NCBI GenBank assembly: GCA_965287045.1
Contig: OZ336870.1
Location: 116,746,001-116,810,000, forward strand
Direction of reading: 5' to 3'
From: Carcharhinus amblyrhynchos
Taxonomy: Eukaryota
Length of the DNA stretch: 64,000 nucleotides
This document shows, piece by piece, positions 13,500-24,125 of the stretch (position 1 is its first letter; each line of letters opens with the position of its first letter). The position numbers were made by a program, and so were the translations under genes. Below the pieces are notes generated by a model, which saw only the letters and a list, made by a program, of their open reading frames with translations, made no database searches and had not been told where the DNA came from.

Positions 13500-13808
13500 A
13501 TAGAATCATAGAAACCCTACAGTGCAGAAAGAGCCATTTGGCCTATCAAGTCTGCACCGACTACAATCCCACCCAGATCCTACCCTCATATCCCTACATA
13601 TTTTACCCGCTAATCCCTCCAATTTACACATCTCAGGACACTAAGGGGCAATTTTAGCATGGTCAATCAACCCAACCCACACATCTTTGGACTGTGGAAG
13701 GAAACCGGAGCACCAGGGGGAAACCCAGACACAAGGAGAATGTGCAGGAATTGAACCCAGGCCCCTGGAGCTGTGAAGCAACAGTGCTAACCACTGTGCT
13801 ACTGTGTC
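13500..13808 (-). mobile_element. tRNA-derived SINE (V-SINE/HE1-like)
   Basis: A-box CAGTGGTTAGCAC and B-box GGTTCAATTCC on the minus strand; CR1-like tail. Related copies occur elsewhere in the window. Confidence 0.8.
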
Positions 13809-14639
13809 ATTGAACTGCAGTAACTGAAAACAGCTGGTGACTTTCTCAGGTTCAGGAAACACTCGAGTATCACTGGGTGGGTTACGTTTACATTTGTAAA
13901 ATACATTTGCATTTAACTGTCCCTGTGGTAGGGAGAATTAATTCTTCTTACCACATTTCATTGTTATCAATGGACACTGGGATCTGGCCAGGATTGATTC
14001 ATTTAATTAATGTCGATGTTTGCACTGGTAGGATAGTAATATCACAATATTAGGTGGAGATCTACCTGTTTTGTTTGTGTGCTCCAAGGCAAAAAAAACT
14101 TGGCCTAATTATAGAATCTTAAAAGTTTTGACAAAAGGTCATCTGAACTCGAAACATCAACTCTTTTCTCTCCTTACAGATGCTGCCAGACCTGCTGAGA
14201 CTTTCCAGCATTTTGTCTTTTGGTTATAAAATCTTAATTATGCGACATTGAAAACATGGGAATGTACAATTATTGTTACAGAATATACTACAACTTTTAA
14301 AGAAATGCCATGACTTCATAATTTCAAATTCACATCCCACAGAAATAAAACCTCCACAGAAAAGGAGAATCATCTGTGGCTAAAACAAGAGATTAAAGAT
14401 AGAATCAGATTGAAAGAGGTAATTTTCAGTTGTCTGAAGACAGGTTCAACTCACAGCATCATAACCTCTACCATGGGTAGGACAAAAAGGCAGGTCCCAA
14501 ATCCACTCTAGGTGGAATGGACATTGATTAAACCACATGCTGTTGGCATGCAGTTTAAATTCTAGATTTTATTAATTGAATTTAAATTTCGCTAGCAATT
14601 TGAATCCACGTCCCCAGAGCATGAAGAGATATTCTATAA

Positions 14640-15330
14640 TTTTTTAAATTCATTTATGGGATGTGGGAGTCACTGGCAAGGCCAGCATTTATTGCCCATT
14701 CCCAATTGCCCTTGAGAACGTGGTGATGAGCTACCTTCTTCAATTGCTGTAGTACTAGTGTTGTTGATACATCCAGAGGAGTTCCAGGATTTTGACCCAG
14801 CAACAGTGAAGGAACACTGATATGTTTCCAGGTCAGGATGGTGAGTGGCTTGGAGGAGTATCTCCAAGTGATGGTGTTCCCATGTGTCTACTGCCGTTGA
14901 CCTTCTAGATGGTAGCAGTCTGGTTTAGCAAGTGCTGTCTAAGGAACCTTGGTATGTTCCTACAGTGCATCTTGTATATGATACACACTGCTGTCATTGT
15001 TCATCAGTGATAGAGGGAGTGAATGTCTACAGAAGTGGTGCCAATGGAATGGACTGCATTGTCCTGGATGGTGTCGGGTGTTGACTGTTGTTGAAACTAC
15101 ACTCACCCAGGCAAGTGGAGACTATTCCATCACACTCCTGACTTGTGATAATGGGCAGGATTTTGGGAGTCAGGAGATGAGATACTCATCACAGAATTCC
15201 TAGCTTCTGACCTGCTCTTGTAGCCACAGTATTTTTATGGCTATTCCAGCTTCGTGTCTGGTCAATGGTAACCCCAGGAAGTTGATAGAGTATCCAGCGA
15301 CGGGGATGCCATTGAATGTCAAGGGGCATA
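14640..15330 (-). mobile_element. Old LINE 3' fragment
   Basis: 3' end resembles the SINE tails at 4118 and 63760; a related copy lies at about 20150-21100 on the opposite strand. Confidence 0.55.
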
Positions 15331-17081
15331 AATACCATGGTGGTTTGTTTATGAATGCAAGACTTCATATGATGGTTATGTCTTCCTTAATTCAGGATAC
15401 AATGGAGCATGTTGGAGGGAGCGATGTGACAACATACTAAATCTTTCCAAGACAAATCCACGTGACCTCAAAGTTATGAAGGCAGAAACTCAAATCGGAA
15501 TCCATCAATAACAAGGTACAAGTTTTAACCTCTAAACACAAAGGAGGAGGCAGCTGGTCTTGTTGTGCACAGACTCAGTCATGCGAAGATTTGGAGAAGA
15601 CAACTACTAATGTGTCATGTAGAGGAAAAGGACTGCTTTTGTGTCATCCTATAGAAAGAGTGCTTGTTTGAAGAGAATTGTGGAGAGGTAAAGGCAAGGA
15701 GTGAAAGGGTGCCTTGCTACTGGAAGTCGATTTTATTATGCCATGATTGAGTGATAGGACTTCCTTTTAAAAAGGCCAAATTCGCCCATGTATGGCAGGA
15801 ACAGGAGATTTACTTGAGGCTCGGAAAAGCTTGAGACTTATGTACAAGACTACATCTTGGCTGAGAATGTGGTGTAGCGTAATGTATAATTGTGGCACTG
15901 GGTTAATGCAGACTATCTTTTCTGTAGTTTAGAGTATGAATGGACTATTAAGTTTAGCAAATGTAGATTTTAATTTGGTCAGTAAATGTCTTAAAATGCA
16001 AAATCTTGTTAAATGGTTATTTATGTTCACTGGGAAGTGAGTTTCACTTTCTAAAAGGAGATTGTTTTCTACAGGGTTCATACTGGGTCAAACATTCGAT
16101 AACATCTCTGGCAAATATTGCAAACATTGCACTAAGTTTTGTAACTAATGTGCATTGTTAGCTGTGTAAAATGACACCTTGTCCTTAGTCTCCCAATTAT
16201 TTTTAAGAACTTGCTGAATTTGCATGTTAGTTGTCCATTAAACTCGTCATATTGTGGTAAATTAGGCAATGAATAGCACAATTACTTTAACATCAATCAA
16301 CCTCAGTAACCCATATATTCAACAAATTAAACTGTGGAGTCTCATTTCTTCAAACAGTGAATTGTTCTTAGAGATTTTGAATCTAACATATTTTAAACTT
16401 TATATTTTTGTCTTACTTTTCTTATTTTTCCTCCTTCAATCCAATCTTTCTTTCCTTCTCTTTTTCTACTCTGCAACTCTAATTCATCCTTCTTCACAAT
16501 ATTCCCTATTTCTTTCTCAATTCTGAAATCTCATTGATTAGCAAGACAGATTGTTATAACTACTGTTTACCAAGCTTCCAGATGGCACGTTGCTCTCAGC
16601 TTGTTAATATTGGCTCATGCTTCCAAATTACATGAAAATTTCTATTATTAATTTTTGCCAATATTGCCTGATCAGAATTCTGTCAATATAAAATATTTCT
16701 TGTACATTAAAAGCATTATTTTTATGCCTGAATAATGATGTGGCTAGAGACATTTACTTTTATGTATTATTAACTAAAAATTCTCATTGTCTCAAAGCTT
16801 TGAATCCAAGCAGTTCTCACCATTCTGATTGAAAGAAACATTACTTCGTGCACCCTGCAGGGAAATCAGGTCACCGATTAATATCACAACCCATAAGCTC
16901 TCCATTCTTGCAATTTTGGCCTTCTGTGCACTCTCCCCACATCCTTCACTTGCCAATGGTTCCTTTAGCATTCTAGGCCATAAACATCTTTGTTTCTCTC
17001 TTACACTCTACTTGGAAGCTTGTAGCTTACTCTACTTTAGCAATATCCAATAGCGAAAAAAAAGACCCAAGATGCATTCAC

Positions 17082-17159
17082 CTTTAAGAATGTGCTGGAA
17101 TCCTTATAGATTTCTTCATTATATTGCATTTCTGTTTCTTCTTCTTCCACCACTTCATC
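17082..17159 (-). CDS. METTL14: METTL14 exon 4 (78 nt, DEVVEEEETEMQYNEEIYKDSSTFLK)
   Basis: Acceptor TTTTGTTGGCAG|GAT, donor AAG|GTGAAT. EEIYKDSSTFLK is conserved in METTL14. Confidence 0.95.
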
Positions 17160-18729
17160 CTGCCAACAAAATAAATAACTTTTATTTGTGAACATTAAAA
17201 TAGATTCAATATTCTAGAGGCATATTTCACTTAGAGGATTGATTGCGTTCACTCCTGCACAGTTAGCAGTCTTTAGAATATCACATTTGTATAGACTGCA
17301 TTGAATAATTTGGTGAAGATATAATGCACCCTTCAGCTTTGCAATGAAAAATTAATATTCCTTAGGTTTTGTTTTAAAATATCAAAATTCCTACCCTAAA
17401 AGCCGTTTCACATCTTCTCTCCATGTACTTCTGGTCATGTCACTGATGAGGCAGAGACACATGTATTCCAGAGCAACTCTACACATTTTAACAGCAAAAC
17501 CACAACCACAGACCAATGCCAGGAAGTACCTCCAGCTAAGTACACTGTATAAAATGTAACTGTTATCACATGACTTTGAGAGCTTCCTGACATTTGACAA
17601 GAATTTTGATTTTTCTTAAAGCAGGCCCAATTTAATATTCCGTTCAATTTTATTTAGGTCAATGTTTTACAACAGAACCTTGCTGACTAACCACAGATGT
17701 GAATAATATTCCACAGTTTTGGCCACAAGTATAAAATATCAATAAAAAAAACCTCTCACACACTTGCACAATGAAGGTGTGTGCGCTCCAAACATCTACC
17801 ACTTATCACTAAACAAGTAAAATGCTCATTAGTAAAAGTTTTCATACACTCTACTTGTAATCTTGTCCTTTAGCAACAAATGGAAAGAAGTGTTAAAGCA
17901 CGTACCCAACACTGCCTATTGACTAATTATTTACTAATCAAATACAACTAGCTACACCCAGATTCAATATTAGCAGCATGTGGAAGTGGGTCATTTATTA
18001 GATAGGACTGATTTAACATTCTTAAACTCAGTATATATTTAAATCTGAAATTTAGTTTTAAATTTTCTTCTTGCTATTTTTCTCCAAGTGAATAAGTATA
18101 TTTAATGGCTGGTTGACTCAATAATAAATTTCAATAGTTAATTCAGAAACAAAGCCTTCTTGAGTTGATTCATGCATTAAGTGCAGATAATTTAAGAACA
18201 TTCCTTTATTTGTCCCATTACAAGAGAAATGCAATTTCTTCAACTGCCATACAGTATGAATACCACAAATTTGACATAAATAACTGTCCACTTAAATAGG
18301 TCAATTGATTGAATAGATTTACAATCAATAGAAACTTAACTGAGAATTGAGGTAATGCATCTTGAAATGAAATGCTAAGAAGGCAAGAGCAGAAATAGAT
18401 CTTGAAAAAGGGTTAGAATAAGTTGAAAAAGCTTCAGGTAAAAATAACAACATGCAATGTTAGGTTTTATAAGTAAAGACACTGAATTTAAATATTGTAC
18501 CCATGAAAACTATTATTTAGGTTCTTGATGAAATAACATGCTAGCGTCCGATTATATGAAGGATTTTGTATCTATGCAGCAGGTGTGGAAAAGATTCACA
18601 GATGGTGCAAGAACAAGAGATGTTTGTTATAAAGCAGGAATAGGAAAACAGACTTTTCTGAAGCAAAATATCAAGGGCAGAGCTAGTATTCAAAATTTCA
18701 ACAACTTAAATTTATAGATCACAGTTAGC

Positions 18730-19830
18730 TTAATAAAATGCTCCATAGCATTTCATAGAAGTAATATGAAACAAAATACGACAGAACTACATAATAAGAT
18801 ATCAGGTCAACTGACCTAAAGCTTGGTCAAAGAGGCAAGTTTTCAAAAGTGCTTGAAAGAAGAAAACATAGTAAAGAAGCAAAGGGAGAGGGAACTCCAT
18901 AGCTTAGATTCTGGGCAACTGAAAGCACAGTCACCAATGAAGGAGCAATTTAAAGTGAGATGCTCAAGAGGCCAGAATGAGTGGAATGTATATGTCCAAA
19001 GAGTTTGGGGCTGAAGGAAATTGCAAAGATAGAAAAGGGTGAGGTCATGGAAGAATTTGAAACAAGGATAAGAGCTTTAAAATCAAGACATTGCTTGGCC
19101 AGATGTCAACATAAGTCAGTGAGCAAAACAGTGATGTGTGAACAGGATTTGCTGTGAGTTAAGACACAGGTGGCAGTTTTAAGTTTCCAGAGGTTAGAAC
19201 GTAGGAGAGCAGCCAAGCGTGTATTGCAATAGTGGATTCTAAAAGTAACAAAGGTACTTATGAAGGTTTTAGCAACAAATGAGCTGAAACAGGGGCAAAG
19301 TGAAGCAATATTATGGGGGTAGGAACAGGCGGTCTTATTGATGGCATGAATACAAGATTAGTAGTTCAGCTTGGGCTCAAATTTGAAACCAAGGCTGTGA
19401 ACAAATTGACTTAATTTCAAGAATGTTGCCAGAGAGAAGGATGGAGTCAGTATCTAGGAAATGATGTTTGGAGTGCAGACTGAAAAGAATAGCTTCAGTC
19501 TTTCCAATATTGATTGGAAGAAATTCCTGTTCATCCAGTACTGGATATTGGATAAACTGTCTACTAATTTAGCAACAGTGGAGGAGTCAAGGGAGGTGGC
19601 GGGGAGATAAAGCTGGATGTCTTCAGAGTATAAATGAAAACTAATGCACTTTCAGGTGATGTAACTGGAGAGCAGCATGTAGGTGAGAAATAGGAGAGGT
19701 CAAGTATGGATCTCTGGGGGACACCAGAGGTAATGGTGCCGGAGCAGGAAGAAAAGCAGTTGCAAATTATTCTCTGGCTACAATTAAATAGATAAGAATG
19801 AGACCAGCTGCACAAAAGTTCACTGAACAT
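18730..19830 (-). mobile_element. Degraded L2-type LINE RT fragment
   Basis: TSGVPQRSIL (GVPQGSIL-like) remnant in ORF 19564-19830; similar to 29480-30340. Confidence 0.6.
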
Positions 19831-21391
19831 ATTAGAGATTGTTTCTTGGAACAGTATTTTGTGTAACCAACCAGCAAGTAGGCCACTCTGGATTTAGTAT
19901 AGTGTAATGAGGAGGGATTAATTGATAGCCTCATGGTTAAGGATCCTATAGGGAGTAAGAATCATGATTAAATTTTGAATTCAGTTTTGGGGGTGAGAAA
20001 GTGGAGTCCCACAGTAGTGTTCTGGAATTAAATAAAGGAAATTACATAGACATGAGGGCAGATTTGGCCTGAGTGAGCAGGAAGGCTAAAAGATAGGATA
20101 GCGGATGAGCAGTGGGAATTGTTTAAGGAGAGTTTAAAGAGAGACAGAGAAACATAGCTCTTCAATGCCTGGAGCAACCTAACACAAAGGAACATGGTTG
20201 CAGTTGACAGAAACCACATATTCCATCCTCAGGACATCCCTGTAAGAATTCCTCAGAATACTGTCCCAGACTATCTTAATTTGCTTCATCAATGGCCTCC
20301 CCACCCTCATTGCAAAGTTGGGGATGCTCATAATGGTTGTGGCTCAGTTCCATCTGCAAGTCCTCCAATAGCAAAGCAGTTTGCGACTGCATTCACCAAG
20401 TCATGGACATTTAGGCTTGACCATCTCCAGCAAGAGAGTGTAATCCTAATGCCTGACATTCAATACCACTATCATCACTGAAATACCCAAAACCAACATG
20501 ATGGCCAGAAGTCACAGGGATAAGAATCACCTTTAAATTGATTGAAACTTTACTAGACTGATCATAAGTAGTAAATTCTCTGGTTACAAGAGCAAGTCAG
20601 ACGCTGGGAATTCTGTAGCAAGTAACTCACTTCCAACTCCACAAAGCCTGTCCATCATCTGCAACAAACAAGTCAGTAGTACAATGGCGGACTCTCCTTT
20701 TGCTTGGAAGAATGCAGCTCCAATAGTACTAAAGAAGCTTTGCATCATCCAGGAAAATGCACTCTCCAACAGCTTAAACACTTTCTGTATCATCAGTGCA
20801 CTGCAGAAACTCACAAATGCTCCTTTGACAGCACCTTACAAATCCAATGCCTCTATTGGCTAGAAGAAAAAGGACAGCAAACACATCGGAGCAGCATCAG
20901 CTGTCGGTTCCCCTCCAAGTCATGTATCATTATGACTCAGTTATACCACTGTTCCTTCACCATCTCTGGGTCAGAATACTGAAGTCTCTAACAAATCCAG
21001 TATCTATTGGTTCTGTTCTGAAAAGATGGCAGCATGCTGATGCAGTCGGTGTTGTAGCGACCACCCAAGTCATCAGGAACAAACAGTAAATACAAATTTA
21101 GGCTAGTTTTGTCAATTTCAAAAGAATACAAATCTAAAAACAATGAACAGGATTCTTATCCCAGTTCTGGCAAAATTTAAAGTTTACAGTGGATGTTTTT
21201 AATCAGATACGCATTTTATGATGAGTTTCATAAGCCAAACTATAAATTAAGTTCTGCTGGAAATATTTTACAGCTTTTATTCAAATGTTTCCATCATGTG
21301 GATTGGGCCAGATAAAAGAAATTGGATAGCATGTGTCACTTTTAGTTTGAAGGATGAAACAGAATAGTAGACATTGCAGTGATATAATTAC

Positions 21392-21479
21392 TTTATACTC
21401 TTCAAATTCTTCTTCACTAGCTTCCCTTTCTTCAGGAAATTTACGCTTGGCAGTTGGTGCAGATGTGTCATATGATGCC
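21392..21479 (-). CDS. METTL14: METTL14 exon 3 (88 nt, ASYDTSAPTAKRKFPEEREASEEEFEEYK)
   Basis: Acceptor TTTCTAG|G, donor AAA|GTAATT. ASYDTSAP..KRK motif of METTL14; phase 2 to 0. Confidence 0.95.
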
Positions 21480-22638
21480 CTAGAAATATCAAACAAAACA
21501 TTTTCTTGTTTAAAAAGGCATCCATTAAAAACAATTATTACAGATGTAAGAATATTTCACTTACATGCACATGCAAAGTGTACTATAGAAATAGTGTACA
21601 ATGTAAATAATGTACAAGCAACCCAAATAGGTCTGCTAAGGCTCTAAATGAAGCATCTGAATCATCTTTCTTATCCCTCCCCTATGAATTATTTACACAA
21701 GTGTGTTATGTTGTCAAATATATATTGCATTTTGTAAGTTAACAAGCCCGGCAGAGTAAAATAATTTTGCTACAGTAAATTATGGAGCTTAAACAATTGG
21801 GGACAAATGGAGCTTTAATATGGGATCAAAAACTTTAATGCAAAATAAAGTACATTTAAAGAGAGGGTTCTCAACAATGCTCCATTTTAATTAAAATTTA
21901 TAAACGCCGACAATTTTCAGAATGCTGTCACAATCCAAAAGTGCACGTGCAATTTGTTTAATCAAAAGTTCAATCTTAAATTGATCATGTTTTGTTTTTA
22001 AATGGATGATTCCGACACAGGACGAGTTCCCCAATATTAAAGCTGCAGTCTCCATCAATCCATTGGAGAAATAAATTTTTCTTAAAGTACTCACCAAAAT
22101 AGTCTGCTCCTTTAAAAAAAGGAAACAAAGACGTATCATGATCTAATATTGTTGACTAAATTGGAATTCTCACTACAAAAATGCAACTTTCAACCAGAAG
22201 ATTCATCAACAAGTATCTGCACACCAAATGGCCCCATCCGCTGGTGCATATTCTTGATGCACAGAGACTACAACGTAGGGAAACAGGAAACAAAGCTTAA
22301 TCCCAAATCTTTAGTGAAGTGATTAAGCATTTTTGTACTCATTCAAAAAGCTGATGGTGACAGAACTGTACTGAATTATACCAAAGACTCTCAATCTGAT
22401 AACTTACTACAGATTCTTTTTTAACTGCTTATGGTTAAACATGAGACACTCCATGTCAAATGTTACATTATTCTTAAATATGGCAGGAAAGAAAACCATA
22501 ATTTGTTCTTCCAAATACAACTGAAACAAAATATATTGGCTTACAAAATCAGAAAAAAATCCTCTCCGCAACGAATTGAAATATAATTGATGCACATTGT
22601 TAACTTTCTTTTCCTAAAAAACTACCAGATTCAATGAA

Positions 22639-24125
22639 CATAAGAACATAAGAAATAGGAGCAGGAGTAGGCCAACTAGCCCTTCGAGCCTGCCCTGCCA
22701 TTCAATAAGATCATGGCTGATCTGTCGTGGCTCAGTTCCACATTCCCGCCCTCTCCCCATAACCCTTAATCCCCTCTCTCATCAAAGACCCATCAACCCG
22801 TGTCTTAAAAATATTTAGCGAGGCAGCCTCCACCACTTCAACGGGCAGAGAATTCCAGAGATTCACCACCCTTTGAGTGAAGAAGTTCCTCCTCAACTCT
22901 GTTCTAAACCACGCCCCCCTTTATCTTGAGGCTATGCCCCCTAGTCCTACTGTCCTTTCTGAGCGGGAAGAGTCTCTCCACCTCTATCCTATCCATCCCA
23001 TTCATCATCTTATACGTCTCAATGAGATCTCCCCTCATTCTTCTAAATTCTAACGAGTACAAGCCTAATCTATTCAGCCTCTCCTCATAGCTCAACCCCC
23101 TCAACTCCGGCATCAGCCTAGTAAACCTCCTCTGCACTCCCTCCAAGGCTAAAATATCCTTGCGTAAGTACGGCGCCCAAAACTGCACACAGTACTCCAG
23201 CTGCGGCCTCACCAATGCCCTATACAGCTGCAGCAAGACCTCCCTACTTTTATATTCAATCCCCCTCGCGATGAAGGCCAGCATCCCATTCGCCTTCCTG
23301 ACCACCTGCTGCACCTGCAAGCTGGGTTTTTGCGACTCATGTACAAGGGCCCCGAGGTCCCTCTGCACCGTCGCCTGCTGCAGTTTTTCTCCACGTAAGT
23401 AATAATCCTTCCTACCATTATTCCTACCAAAGTGGACCACCTCGCACTTACCAACATTAAATTCCATTTGCCATTTCCTGGTCCATTCGCCCAGCCTATC
23501 TAGATCCTTCTGTAGACTCTCCACACCCTCCGCACAATTTGCCTTTCCACCAATTTTGGTGTCATCAGCAAATTTCGACACCCTACACTCGGTTCCCTCC
23601 TCCAGATCATCTATATAAATGGTAAATAGCTGAGGCCCCAGCACCGACCCCTAGAGCACTCCACTAGTCACCATCCGCCAATCCGAATAGCACCCATTGA
23701 CCCCCACTCTCTGCCTCCTATTTGACAACCAGTCCTCTATCCACGCTAATACCCTACCCCAACTCCATGCCCCTGACCTTCTGTAATAACCTCTTGTGAA
23801 GTACCTTGTCAAACGCCTTCTGAAAATCCAGGAAGACCACATCCACCGGCTCTCCTCTATCCACCGCCCTAGACACATCCTCATAGAACTCCAGTAAATT
23901 TGTCAGACACGACTTCCCTTTAAGGAAACCATGCTGCGTCCGCTCTATCAAGCAGTTCCCCTCAAGATGCCTCACTATTTCCTCCTTGATGACGGATTCT
24001 AACATTTTACCTACAACAGACGTTAAACTAACAGGCCTATAATTCCCCGCCTTTTGCCTGGCACCCTTCTTAAACAACGGCGTAACATTAGCTGTTTTCC
24101 AATCTTCCGGCACTTCCCCTGAATC
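22639..24125 (-). mobile_element. Young CR1 LINE (same subfamily as 10067), 5'-truncated, RT disrupted
   Basis: ORFs 23754-24128, 23651-23884 and 22904-23644 are nearly identical to the 10064 ORF; (CATAAGAA)n tail; TSD CAATGAA/CAACGAA at 22632-22638 and 24126-24132. Confidence 0.95.

Noticed and set aside
17438-17593. C/D-box snoRNA-like TGATGA...CTGA pair on the plus strand
   Set aside because: It is antisense to the host transcript, the terminal stem is only about 3 bp, and I recognise no guide.
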